64,000 nucleotides of DNA, taken from an uncultured Clostridia bacterium. Lineage in GTDB: Bacteria > Bacillota > Clostridia > Christensenellales > UBA1242. The notes under the pieces are model-generated. The model searched no databases. It was not told the DNA's origin and saw nothing but the letters and a program-made list of their open reading frames with translations. The position numbers and the translations under genes were made by a program. This document shows, piece after piece, positions 49,828-60,913 of the stretch. The DNA lies in contig CALVZG010000010.1 in NCBI GenBank assembly GCA_944372465.1, positions 42,411 through 106,410 of the forward strand, read 5' to 3'. Numbering within the stretch: the stretch's first letter is position 1; the number at the start of each line of letters is the position of its first letter.

Positions 49828-50216
49828 TTTTTCTCCTTCCTTTAAATATAAAATAAAAGACCTCTTCTCCATTAGGACGAAAAAGGTCTTTTCGTGGTAC
49901 CACCTAACTTTAACTGATAAATACTTATCAATCCTTATTATATCATTAACGCAGATAAACGACATAAACTACTTACATTTTATTAAGATAGCTTAATCTA
50001 CAGAAAAATATTCTAAATAACTACTTTTAAAGATAATTTAATAAAATAAGAGTCAAAAGATTATTTAAAAATATCATCAAAAAACTTCTTAATAAAAGTT
50101 TCATAAATGCAGCTAGAAAGTGAATTCATAAATCCTATTATATCCGCTTTTCAGCTATAAGCGAACTCTCTGCAATAATATAAATTTATTACTAATCTTT
50201 CATCATTGCTTTTATT
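49828..50216 (-). promoter_or_regulatory. T-box riboswitch leader, Phe (UUC) specifier
   Basis: All on the minus strand. The stem I base has the GCAGAGAG GA-motif (~50168). The specifier loop is ATGAA-UUC-A (UUC = 50124-50122). The T-box sequence is AGTTAGGTGGTACCACG (~49907-49891). The terminator GACCT...AGGTC plus TTTTATTTT sits just before the SD. Confidence 0.85.
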
Positions 50217-50222
50217 AGAAAA

Positions 50223-50251
50223 ATTATATTACATAAAAAAAATTATGTCAA
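50223..50251 (-). promoter_or_regulatory. Consensus sigma-A promoter of the T-box-pheST operon
   Basis: On the minus strand: TTGACA (50251-50246), 17-bp spacer, TATAAT (50228-50223). Confidence 0.7.
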
Positions 50252-50439
50252 GTTTTTGATATAACAAACTGAAAAAACTTAATAATTATTTTGAAATTAT
50301 AAGGATAATTGATATAATTTGATTAGCAATTAGAATTTTAAAACATTAAATTTATAAATGTTAAATCTAAAACTTTAATATAAATTTATTGAAAAACATA
50401 ATATTTTGAATAAAACAATAAATAAAATTAGGATTTATA

Positions 50440-51330
50440 ATGGAAAAGAAATATCAAATTTTTAAAATAAAAAAAGATTATCCAAATGTTTATATATTTT
50501 TAAAAGAAAATAATTTTTCTGAAAATTATATAAAAAATTTACGCAAAATAATGGGCAATATAAAAATAAATGATGAAGATGTTACAATAAATCATAAATT
50601 AAAAATTGATGATACATTAGCAATAATTTCAAATCCAAACCCTAAAACTACTATTATGCAATGCATGATACCACTAGATATAGTATACGAAGATGAATAT
50701 TATTTAATAGTAAATAAACCTTCTGGAATTGCTTGTATGCCAAGTAAATCACACTACACTTATAATCTTGCTGGTGCGATTTGTTATTATATGCAAGATA
50801 AAGATGACAATTTTACATTAAGAATAATTAATAGATTAGATAAAGATACAGCAGGAATTGTAATAATTGCTAAAGATAGCATATCTCAAAAAGATATAAA
50901 GAATATAGATAAAACATATTATGCATTGTGCGAAGGAAAAATTGAAAAGGATACAATAATTAATAAAAAAATAAAAACAATTACAAATAATGGTGTTAAT
51001 GAGAATAAAAGAATTATAGCGGAAGATGGCAAAGATGCTATAACCTATGTGTATCCAAAAAAAGTTATTATTGATCAACTCAATAATAACTTTATAACTT
51101 TAGTAAAACTAAAAATAATTCACGGTAGAACTCACCAAATAAGAGTTCATATGTCTAGCATAGGACATTCTCTTTTAGGAGATTCATTATATGGCAAACA
51201 TTATAATAAACTATCTCATGCAATGCTTGTATGCAAAGAAATTTCCTTTTTTCACCCTTACTTAAATAGGCAAATAAGTATATCAATTCCTTTCCCAAGT
51301 GAATTTAATAAATTAATATTAAGACAATAA
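50440..51330 (+). CDS. RluA-family 23S rRNA/tRNA pseudouridine synthase (RluD-like, with S4 domain)
   Basis: LNRLDKDTAGIVIIAK catalytic Asp and HGRTHQIRVHM motifs. Confidence 0.85.
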   Translation: MEKKYQIFKIKKDYPNVYIFLKENNFSENYIKNLRKIMGNIKINDEDVTINHKLKIDDTLAIISNPNPKTTIMQCMIPLDIVYEDEYYLIVNKPSGIACMPSKSHYTYNLAGAICYYMQDKDDNFTLRIINRLDKDTAGIVIIAKDSISQKDIKNIDKTYYALCEGKIEKDTIINKKIKTITNNGVNENKRIIAEDGKDAITYVYPKKVIIDQLNNNFITLVKLKIIHGRTHQIRVHMSSIGHSLLGDSLYGKHYNKLSHAMLVCKEISFFHPYLNRQISISIPFPSEFNKLILRQ

Positions 51331-51409
51331 TTATGTTTTATATATTCCCCTATTATAATGTTATAAATGAAATTTCTATATTTAATAATAAATTTTAATT
51401 ATATTTTAC

Positions 51410-51453
51410 AAAAAATCTAGAGATGGAATTTGCAATCTCTAGACTTATTTTTT
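51410..51453. terminator. Bidirectional terminator (rluD-like gene / tRNA-Leu)
   Basis: TCTAGAGAT (51416-51424) pairs with ATCTCTAGA (51435-51443). The stem is flanked by an A-run on the left and a T-run on the right. Confidence 0.65.
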
Positions 51454-51454
51454 A

Positions 51455-51536
51455 TGGTGCGGGCGGTGGGAGTCGAACCCACACCCTTTCGGACTTGCCC
51501 CTTAAACAAGCGCGTCTGCCATTCCGCCACGCCCGC
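51455..51536 (-). tRNA. tRNA-Leu, anticodon AAG (class II, long variable arm, encoded CCA)
   Basis: Hand-folded sequence: GCGGGCG-TG-GCGG-AATGGCAG-ACGC-G-CTTGT-TTAAGGG-GCAAG-TCCGAAAGGGT-GTGGG-TTCGACT-CCCAC-CGCCCGC-ACCA. The acceptor and T stems are perfect. The anticodon loop reads U32 U33 A34 A35 G36 G37 G38. Confidence 0.9.
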
Positions 51537-51554
51537 ATTCTAATGTACTTTATT

Positions 51555-51583
51555 ATTATATTTATTTATATATAATCTGTCAA
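51555..51583 (-). promoter_or_regulatory. Consensus sigma-A promoter of tRNA-Leu
   Basis: On the minus strand: TTGACA (51583-51578), 17-bp spacer, TATAAT (51560-51555). It lies about 18 nt upstream of tRNA position 1. Confidence 0.6.
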
Positions 51584-51755
51584 GTGTTTTGTATAAATTT
51601 ATTGATTAAAATCTTATTTATTATAAATTTTAATATTTATAGAATAAATTTATTTACATAGTGTATTATAAAAATAGTTATAGTATAAATAATACTACAA
51701 CTATTTTAATTTTTAAATTATATTATCTTTAAATATAAAAACATATTTTAGTTGT

Positions 51756-52034
51756 TTAGTCTTGATTAAACTCTTTTAGTCCTTTCTCAAATTGTTCTTT
51801 ACTTTCTGGGTCTAGGCTAAAAAGTAAACCAAATAACTCGCCTACATGATGTTTTTCTTCTTTAACTATATTAAAAATAGTTTGTTTTGCTTTTAAGTCG
51901 TTTGTTTGAGACAAATGATTCTCATATTGTATTATAGCATCAAGTTCCCCTATAATATCTTCTCTTGCATTTTGCACTGTTATAAAAGTATCATTTTTAT
52001 TATTATTATCTAAAATATTAAAAAATCTTCGCAT
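51756..52034 (-). CDS. EncFtn-like (encapsulated-ferritin family) half-ferritin / ferritin-like diiron protein
   Basis: 92 aa. GELDAIIQYENH and VKEEKHHVGELFGLL align with the EncFtn E...Y and EExxH metal-ligand helices (compare MEELEAVDWYDQR / RDEEKEHAAM). Strong GAGGAGG SD. Confidence 0.6.
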   Translation of the reverse strand: MRRFFNILDNNNKNDTFITVQNAREDIIGELDAIIQYENHLSQTNDLKAKQTIFNIVKEEKHHVGELFGLLFSLDPESKEQFEKGLKEFNQD

Positions 52035-52186
52035 ACATCCTCCTCAAATTATTTATGAAAGAATAGCGAACTTTGATACAATGAATGTAAATTTAATATA
52101 TTAATTTCAAATTTATTATTTGAACACTAATATATTTATTTTAATAAGATTAAAATTATTGCTTTAAATTCCAAATCATAAATTAT

Positions 52187-52238
52187 AAAAGCCATGTCTT
52201 ACAAACCAATAAAATTATTAATTGTATTTCATGGCTTT
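52187..52238 (-). terminator. Possible terminator after clpX (large loop)
   Basis: AAAGCCATG pairs with CATGGCTTT (9 bp) around a 33-nt loop, followed on the minus strand by TTTTAT. Confidence 0.35.
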
Positions 52239-52241
52239 AGT

Positions 52242-53501
52242 TTAACAAACTGCTTTATTATCGCTTTGTTTTCTAATTATTTCTGGTTGACCATTTTCAA
52301 GTTCTATGAATTTATCGGTAACAATTATTTTTTCAATATCTTTATAACTAGGTGCTTCATACATAAGTTTGTTCATTTTTCCCTCGATTATAGTTCTTAA
52401 TCCTCTTGCACCTGTCTTTAATTCCATAGCTCGTTTTGCTATAGCTTTAATAGCAGATTCTGAAAACTCTATATTAATTCCATCTATTTTAAACATTAGT
52501 TTATATTGTTTTATGATAGAATTTTTAGGTTCTTGTAATATTTTAATTAATGAATTTTCATCTAATTCTTCTAGTCCAACAACAACAGGTAGTCGCCCTA
52601 TAAATTCAGGAATAAGACCAAATTTTATTAAATCATTTGGCTGAATATCTTTTATATAATTCTTTTTCTCTTTTTCTTCTTTTGATTGAATATTTGCATT
52701 AAACCCTAATGTTGTATCATTCTCGCGAGTTTCTATAATCTTATCTAAACCTACAAATGCTCCACCACATATAAATAAAATATTAGTAGTATCTATTTGT
52801 ATCATTTCTTGATGAGGATGTTTTCTTCCACCTTGTGGAGGAACAGATGCTACTGTACTTTCTAAAATTTTTAAAAGTGCTTGTTGAACACCCTCTCCAG
52901 CAACATCTCTAGTTATTGAAACATTTTGAGTTTTCCTTGCTATTTTATCTATTTCATCAATATAAATAATACCTCTTTGAGCTTTTTCAATATCGTAATC
53001 GGCATTTTGTATTAATTTTAAAAGAATATTTTCTACATCATCACCAACATAGCCAGCCTCTGTGAGCGTTGTTGCATCTGCAGTGGCAAAAGGCACTTTT
53101 AAAACTTTTGCTAAAGTTTTTGCTAGCAATGTTTTCCCTGAGCCCGTTGGTCCTACCATTAAAATATTACTCTTTTCAAGTTCTACATCATTCTCATCAC
53201 TATCTTTTTTAGTCAAATTATAATTTAACCTTTTATAATGGTTATAAACAGCAACTGCCAATACTCTTTTTACTTCATCTTGACCTACAATATATTCGTC
53301 TAATTTTTCTTTTATTTCACTTGGAGTTGGCAATTCAATTTTTTCAAAAGTTGATTTTTTAGTTATATCAGTAACTATCTCTTTGCAAATTTCAATACAC
53401 TCATCACAAATAAAGGCATCACCATTAGGACTTGCTACAAGTTTTTTTGCATCTTTTTGGCTTTTTCCACAAAAACTACATTTACATTCTAAATCTGACA
53501 T
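52242..53501 (-). CDS. clpX: ATP-dependent Clp protease ATP-binding subunit ClpX
   Basis: Zinc ribbon CSFCGK...CDEC, Walker A GPTGSGKT, and the IGF-like loop (TLGFNA). Confidence 0.95.
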   Translation of the reverse strand: MSDLECKCSFCGKSQKDAKKLVASPNGDAFICDECIEICKEIVTDITKKSTFEKIELPTPSEIKEKLDEYIVGQDEVKRVLAVAVYNHYKRLNYNLTKKDSDENDVELEKSNILMVGPTGSGKTLLAKTLAKVLKVPFATADATTLTEAGYVGDDVENILLKLIQNADYDIEKAQRGIIYIDEIDKIARKTQNVSITRDVAGEGVQQALLKILESTVASVPPQGGRKHPHQEMIQIDTTNILFICGGAFVGLDKIIETRENDTTLGFNANIQSKEEKEKKNYIKDIQPNDLIKFGLIPEFIGRLPVVVGLEELDENSLIKILQEPKNSIIKQYKLMFKIDGINIEFSESAIKAIAKRAMELKTGARGLRTIIEGKMNKLMYEAPSYKDIEKIIVTDKFIELENGQPEIIRKQSDNKAVC

Positions 53502-53514
53502 TAAGCCTCCTTAT

Positions 53515-54105
53515 TTATGCTTTTTTATTTCTTGACACGAAAATTTCGTCAATTATTCCGTATTCTTTTGCCTCCTGTGCTGTCATATAATTATCTCTAT
53601 CTGTATCTTTTTCAACTATTTCTAAAGCTTTACCTGTATTTTCACTTAACATTTTATTCATTATATCTTTGATATATTGAATATGATTTGCTTGTATTTG
53701 AATATCGCTTACTTGACCTTGAGCTCCACCCAGTGGTTGATGAATCATAATTTCACTATTAGGCAAAGCAAATCTTTTTCCTTTAGTTCCACCGGCTAAT
53801 AAGAAAGCACCCATTGATGCTGCCCTACCTACACAAATAGTTGAAACATCACATTTTATATATTTCATTGTATCATATATAGCAAGGCCTGCAGAAACGC
53901 TTCCTCCCGGGCTATTAATATATATGAAAATGTCTTTATTTGGGTTTTTGCCCTCAAGATATATTAATTGTGCAACAACTATATTTGCTATATTATCATC
54001 TATTTCTCCATTTAAGAATATAATCCTATCTTCAAGAAGTCGAGAATAGATATCGTAAGACCTTTCACTATTTCCTGTTTGGTCTACAACCATTGGTATC
54101 AACAT
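53515..54105 (-). CDS. clpP: ATP-dependent Clp protease proteolytic subunit
   Basis: [24 protein letters not shown] (catalytic Ser) and MIHQPLGG motifs. Confidence 0.95.
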   Translation of the reverse strand: MLIPMVVDQTGNSERSYDIYSRLLEDRIIFLNGEIDDNIANIVVAQLIYLEGKNPNKDIFIYINSPGGSVSAGLAIYDTMKYIKCDVSTICVGRAASMGAFLLAGGTKGKRFALPNSEIMIHQPLGGAQGQVSDIQIQANHIQYIKDIMNKMLSENTGKALEIVEKDTDRDNYMTAQEAKEYGIIDEIFVSRNKKA

Positions 54106-54155
54106 TATTATCCTCCCTAAATTTATAAAAATTATACATTTTTATTGTTAACAAA

Positions 54156-55430
54156 TTAATTATTTTTAGACTTTATTAAGTTTAAAACTTTTGTCATAAT
54201 TGCATTATTTTCAAAGTAAGCATAATCATCAGGAGACATAGCTTTCTTAAATTCATCTAATTTCATTTGATATTTTGCTGCATATTCTTCAATACTTTTA
54301 TCTAGTTCTTCACTGGTAACTGTAATATTATTTTCAGCAATTATCTTTTGAATAACTAATCTTGTCTCAATATTCTTTTCAGCGTCAATTTCTCTATCTT
54401 TTTTGAATTCATCAAAGCTTTTCCCAATATATTCTAGATAAGCATTTAAATTCATATTTTGATGAGATAATCTATGTTCAAAATCTTCAATCATATGATG
54501 GACCTCATGTTCAATCATAGATTTAGGCACTTCAATGCCACTTTTTTCGGCAATTTCATCTAATAGAGCAACCTCGTAATCTCTTTCAGCTCGCTCTTGT
54601 GCAAATTTTTCTAAATTTTCTTTTATTGACTTTTTATATTCTTCTAAATTTTCAAATTCTGTAGTATCAGAGATATATTTGTCATCTATTTCTGGAAGCT
54701 CTTTCTTTTCCACTTTCTTTAAAGTAATTTTAAATACTGCTGGTTTGCCTTTTAAATTTTCAACATGGTAATTTTCTGGGAAAGTTACATTAATATCCTT
54801 TTCTTCCCCTTTTTTCATTCCTATTAATTGTTCTTCAAAGCCATTAATAAATGTATGAGAGCCTATTTCTAATCTATAATCTTTTGCATCTCCACCTTCA
54901 AATTCTTTTCCATCTACAAAGCCAGTAAAGTCTATTGTAGCAAAATCACCATTTTCTACGGCTTTATTTTCTTCTACATATCTGGCATGTGCTTGTCTTT
55001 CATTTTCAATTTCTGCTTCAATTTGTTTGTCAGTAATTTCTATTTCTTGCTTCTTTGTTTGTAATGTATTGAATTGTGGTAAATTAAATTCTGGCATTAA
55101 GTCAAATTTTAAAGTTACATTAAGGCCTTTATCAGCAGTAAAAGAGTTCTCTTCTACTGATGGTTGTGATACAGGAATAATTTCTTTATTTTCACTTAAA
55201 AACTTCATATATTCATCAGAAATCACTTTATCAAAAGCATCATCAAAGAATATTGTATCACCATAATTTTGTTCAATTACTTTTCTTGGTGCTTTTCCCT
55301 TTCTAAAACCTTGAATATTGAATTTACCTTTGTTTTCTTCATATGCTTTTTCTAAAGCATTTTCCCAATCTTCTTTTGAAATATTAATTTTTAAAATACC
55401 TTGTTTTTCTTTTTTTTCAAAATTGTACAT
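54156..55430 (-). CDS. tig: Trigger factor
   Basis: GFRKGKAP motif, central FKBP domain, 424 aa. tig-clpP-clpX order. Confidence 0.95.
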   Translation of the reverse strand: MYNFEKKEKQGILKINISKEDWENALEKAYEENKGKFNIQGFRKGKAPRKVIEQNYGDTIFFDDAFDKVISDEYMKFLSENKEIIPVSQPSVEENSFTADKGLNVTLKFDLMPEFNLPQFNTLQTKKQEIEITDKQIEAEIENERQAHARYVEENKAVENGDFATIDFTGFVDGKEFEGGDAKDYRLEIGSHTFINGFEEQLIGMKKGEEKDINVTFPENYHVENLKGKPAVFKITLKKVEKKELPEIDDKYISDTTEFENLEEYKKSIKENLEKFAQERAERDYEVALLDEIAEKSGIEVPKSMIEHEVHHMIEDFEHRLSHQNMNLNAYLEYIGKSFDEFKKDREIDAEKNIETRLVIQKIIAENNITVTSEELDKSIEEYAAKYQMKLDEFKKAMSPDDYAYFENNAIMTKVLNLIKSKNN

Positions 55431-55560
55431 AATCTGCTCCTTTGTTTAATTTAACTAAAATCTAGTTATGCTTATAAATAATAACACATTATATTAATTT
55501 TAGCAAATAAAAATGAATTGTTTATAAAAATTAAAATATAGAATAATAGCGAAAAAAGAA

Positions 55561-55932
55561 TCATATGATAGTCATGCTTATTATGCAAGATATTATTACG
55601 CTAACCGCTATTAATATTTTTGTAATATCAATTATTTTATCTCTTATAAGAGATTTTTTAAATTTTTTTTTAAATTCTTCTATATTATTATTAACTTCGT
55701 TTGTGGTCAAATTTGTAGTATTGATAAGATTTATACAATATAATTTAAAATCCTCTTCAAATGATTTATAATAATCATTAATATACTGTAAAATAAATAT
55801 TACTATCCAATATATGCTTAAAATTATAAGGAAACTTAAAGCAAAATAGACTAGCCCATTCCAATAAGATTGTAAGGACACAAATAATATAATTGCAATT
55901 AATAAAGAAGATGTTACTATAAAATTTTTCAT
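55561..55932 (-). CDS. Hypothetical small membrane protein
   Basis: Start refined to MKNFIVTSS after AAGGTG. Two N-terminal TM helices, a charged helix, and one C-terminal TM helix. No family recognised. Confidence 0.5.
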   Translation of the reverse strand: MKNFIVTSSLLIAIILFVSLQSYWNGLVYFALSFLIILSIYWIVIFILQYINDYYKSFEEDFKLYCINLINTTNLTTNEVNNNIEEFKKKFKKSLIRDKIIDITKILIAVSVIISCIISMTII

Positions 55933-55946
55933 TAGTTTTTTACACC

Positions 55947-56291
55947 TTATATTGTTAAAATAAATAATACCATAATTGTTACTACAAATACAACATAACA
56001 AACTATCCATGCAATTTTTCTATGGGTTTTTACCCAAGAAAACGCTAAAATCATGCATAAAATATATGCTATTGCTTGCCCTATTGATTCAAAAGCATTA
56101 GAAAGCGTTACATCTCTTTCTAAAATAAGAGTTAAAAGCAAAGATATTGCAATACAACCAATTCCTATATAAGCAGAAAAAGAAAGTATGGAGTTTAGAT
56201 TTAATTTTCTTTTATTATCCTTAATTTTTATTGTTTTGTATTGCTCTTTTTCTATTTCTTTTGATTCTTTTATTTGATTATTTTCTTCCAT
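55947..56291 (-). CDS. Hypothetical small membrane protein
   Basis: 114 aa with a charged N-terminus and 3 TM helices. GAGGAA SD 10 nt after the gap stop, so it is probably co-transcribed with gap. Confidence 0.5.
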   Translation of the reverse strand: MEENNQIKESKEIEKEQYKTIKIKDNKRKLNLNSILSFSAYIGIGCIAISLLLTLILERDVTLSNAFESIGQAIAYILCMILAFSWVKTHRKIAWIVCYVVFVVTIMVLFILTI

Positions 56292-56301
56292 ATATTCCTC
56301 A

Positions 56302-58228
<1,927 letters not shown>

Positions 58229-58235
58229 ATTCACC

Positions 58236-58658
58236 TCAATATTTTTTAATTCTTCTTGCGTGCCTACCACCTTCAAAGTCTGTTGTCAAAAAAACTTTTA
58301 TTATCTTAATAGCTTTTTTGGGAGATGTATATTTACCAGAAAGACATAAGACATTAGCATCATTATGACGCCTTGCAAGAGAAGCAAAAGTTTCATTTAA
58401 GCACAACGCTGCACGAATTTTAGGATTTCTATTTGCAACCATACTCATACCTAAACCTGTTCCGCAAATATAAATACCCACATTTCTAGGGTCTTCTATA
58501 ACTTTTAAGTTTGCAGCCTTGGCAAAATCTGGATAGTCGTCTGGTTGCTCTCTTGAATAACAGCCTACATCTATTACTATAATATTTTCTTTATTAAAAA
58601 ATTTTTTTATCTCTTCTTTCAATAAATAACCTGCATGGTCGCTTGCTAAAATAATCAT
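58236..58658 (-). CDS. rpiB: Ribose-5-phosphate isomerase B
   Basis: MIILASDHAGYLLKE...ICGTGLGMSMVANR...RHNDANVL. Confidence 0.9.
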   Translation of the reverse strand: MIILASDHAGYLLKEEIKKFFNKENIIVIDVGCYSREQPDDYPDFAKAANLKVIEDPRNVGIYICGTGLGMSMVANRNPKIRAALCLNETFASLARRHNDANVLCLSGKYTSPKKAIKIIKVFLTTDFEGGRHARRIKKY

Positions 58659-58661
58659 AAT

Positions 58662-59084
58662 TCATCTCCATAATTCTAATTTTTCAACTAATACTTTAAT
58701 ACCTTCTAATAATTCATTTGCAGTTAATAAATAAGCATTTTTATCTTTTCCATATGGGTCTATGATATCTTTCCCAATGAGTGATTTGAGTGATAATACA
58801 TTTTTAGAATTTATAAATTTTTTTTGTTCATCTGTCATCGTTATATATAAAATATTTTTATCAATTTTACCAAGCTTAACTGATTTTCTATTAGTACTTA
58901 ATGCTTTAAATTGTTTTAAAGCAAATTTGGCATTAGCATTAATATTTTCACCATTTGCACTTATTCCTCTAGAAATTACCTTAATGTCTTTTAACCCTTT
59001 ATCATTAATAATTTTTTTCATCAGTCTTTCTGCCATTATTGATCTACATGTATTACCTGTGCAAATAAAGCAAATCTTTATCAT
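58662..59084 (-). CDS. ywlE: Low-molecular-weight phosphatase, YwlE-like (protein arginine phosphatase type)
   Basis: The P-loop CTGNTCRS has Thr at the position that distinguishes YwlE-type enzymes. DPYG is present. ywlE-rpiB adjacency matches B. subtilis. Confidence 0.8.
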   Translation of the reverse strand: MIKICFICTGNTCRSIMAERLMKKIINDKGLKDIKVISRGISANGENINANAKFALKQFKALSTNRKSVKLGKIDKNILYITMTDEQKKFINSKNVLSLKSLIGKDIIDPYGKDKNAYLLTANELLEGIKVLVEKLELWR

Positions 59085-59141
59085 AAACCCTCTATCAATA
59101 ATATTAACATACTAAATAAACAAAACAAAACAAAATTTGTT

Positions 59142-59483
59142 TTATTTTTTGTTTTGCTTTGTCATATTTAATCTTTTGTTATGGTATAATTTATCTAAAC
59201 TATACTTTTCTCTCATAGCAGGAATAAATGAATGCAAAATCACATCCCCGAAATCGAGTATTATCCACTCACCTTTACTATAACCCTCTGGATATTCATC
59301 AATTTTCATATCTTCCATCAAAGATTGTGCAAACTTCTTGTTAATTTGCGAATTTGCATTTGAAACTATAATTATAAAACTACTTGTTTGAATATTACTT
59401 TTATTTTCATATATTGCTATATCTTTACATTTCTTATCTTTTAAATATTGATAAATATTGTTGATTTTATTTTGGTTTTCCAT
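59142..59483 (-). CDS. rsfS: Ribosome silencing factor RsfS (iojap)
   Basis: Start at MENQNKI after GAGAGGT. GEWIILDFGDVILHSF motif. Confidence 0.85.
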   Translation of the reverse strand: MENQNKINNIYQYLKDKKCKDIAIYENKSNIQTSSFIIIVSNANSQINKKFAQSLMEDMKIDEYPEGYSKGEWIILDFGDVILHSFIPAMREKYSLDKLYHNKRLNMTKQNKK

Positions 59484-59602
59484 TTTACCTCTCAAATTAA
59501 TTCTATTATAAACTGAATTTTATTTTATGTCAAACTTTTATTATGAAGTTGAATTTAAAATTTTATGTTTTAAATAATCTAATTTAAGTCTATAATTATT
59601 TT

Positions 59603-60403
59603 ATGAAAAAATTTTTATTTATAATTCAAATATTTATCAAATGCTCACTTATTTTTCTTATTGCTTTTATATGGCTTAGATTTGTTTTAGATTCAATATG
59701 GCTAGCATTATCTCTATCTTTTATAATAACCCTTATCATTGAATTAATTACAACCTTTTTTAAAAGAAAAAATGGAATAAAAAATAGTTTGCAAGTTAAA
59801 GAAAAAGAAGATGCAGAGAACATGTTTTTATCACTTTTACAAGACAAAAATAGGATTGACTTTTTTTGTAATTTGGTTTCTTCAAGACATTCAAATATTC
59901 GTAAAAATAAAAATTATATTTTAATAAGCCATGATAATAAAACAAAAGTAGCATTATTCCCTTTTTTCAAAATACAATCTTTATTGCCAGATAATATAAT
60001 AGAAATAAATAATGAGATAAAAGAAAAATTAGACAAACTTGTTATAGTTTGTAATGATTATGACAAATCATCTTTAGATTTTTCAAAACACTTTTCGTTT
60101 GAAATTGTAATTTTAAATAAATATGAAACTTATCAAAACCTCTATAAAGAATATGATTATTATCCAGAAATAATAGTAAAAAATTCTACAAAAAAAATAA
60201 GTTTTAAAGAACTTATATCATATTCATTTAACCGTTCAAGAACTAAAGGATATATAATTTCATCTTTATTATTATTTATCATGAGTTTTTTTGTTCAAAT
60301 GTCGATATATTATTGTATAGTAGCTTCAATATTGCTTATTTTTGCCCTTATATCTTTTACAAACCAAACTTATAATAAAAAAATAGAGAAAGAACTTCTC
60401 TAG
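59603..60403 (+). CDS. Hypothetical membrane protein (2 TM - soluble ~150-aa domain - 2 TM)
   Basis: 266 aa with a clear TM topology. No SD and no family recognised. It is the only plus-strand gene inside a minus-strand block. Confidence 0.45.
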   Translation: MKKFLFIIQIFIKCSLIFLIAFIWLRFVLDSIWLALSLSFIITLIIELITTFFKRKNGIKNSLQVKEKEDAENMFLSLLQDKNRIDFFCNLVSSRHSNIRKNKNYILISHDNKTKVALFPFFKIQSLLPDNIIEINNEIKEKLDKLVIVCNDYDKSSLDFSKHFSFEIVILNKYETYQNLYKEYDYYPEIIVKNSTKKISFKELISYSFNRSRTKGYIISSLLLFIMSFFVQMSIYYCIVASILLIFALISFTNQTYNKKIEKELL

Positions 60404-60479
60404 TTTAATTTTAGTAACTAATAAATATCTACTTATAGATATTTGTTTATCCTTATCTTTGAAAAACTTGCTTCATATA

Positions 60480-60779
60480 TTATTGTATTAATTCAATATG
60501 CTTGAAATCCTTTTTTGAAGATTTTCTATAAATAATTATAATTCCACCTATTACTTGAATAGGCTCTGAATTTAGTTTTGTGCATACTTGTTGCATAACT
60601 TCTTTAGGCTTAAATTCACAATTTTTTAAAACCTTTATTTTTACAAGTTCCCTAGCTTCAAGAAGTCCATTAATTGCTTCAAATGAATTCTCGGTCAAAC
60701 CATCTTTACCTATTTGCATTACAGGTTCTAATGCGTTTCCTAAACCCCTTAAATATGCTCTTTGTTTTGTTGTAATCAT
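60480..60779 (-). CDS. yhbY: YhbY/CRM-domain RNA-binding protein
   Basis: Start at [15 protein letters not shown] after AAGGAG. ...QIGKDGLT...ELVKIKVL. Confidence 0.85.
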   Translation of the reverse strand: MITTKQRAYLRGLGNALEPVMQIGKDGLTENSFEAINGLLEARELVKIKVLKNCEFKPKEVMQQVCTKLNSEPIQVIGGIIIIYRKSSKKDFKHIELIQ

Positions 60780-60913
60780 TTTAATCTCCTTAATCAATTC
60801 ACTTTTTTTATAGTATTTTTTGATAAAATTTAACAAACATTTTATTATATTCCATTTTCATATTATGAATAATTTTTTTTATTTAATTTCTTTTATCAAA
60901 AAAGAAAAGTTAT

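Noticed and set aside
49828-49965. 46-codon N-terminal extension of the pheS ORF (track start 49965), and the 151-aa antisense ORF 49541..49996
   Set aside because: The extension translates the T-box terminator and T-box sequence. A strong SD (GGAAGGAG) precedes the internal Met whose downstream sequence looks like a PheS N-terminus. The antisense ORF is a low-complexity shadow.
50395-50420. AACATAATATTTTGAATAAAAC resembling one dif arm (ACATAATAT)
   Set aside because: Only one arm matches and there is no inverted partner arm. The resemblance is likely chance in AT-rich DNA.
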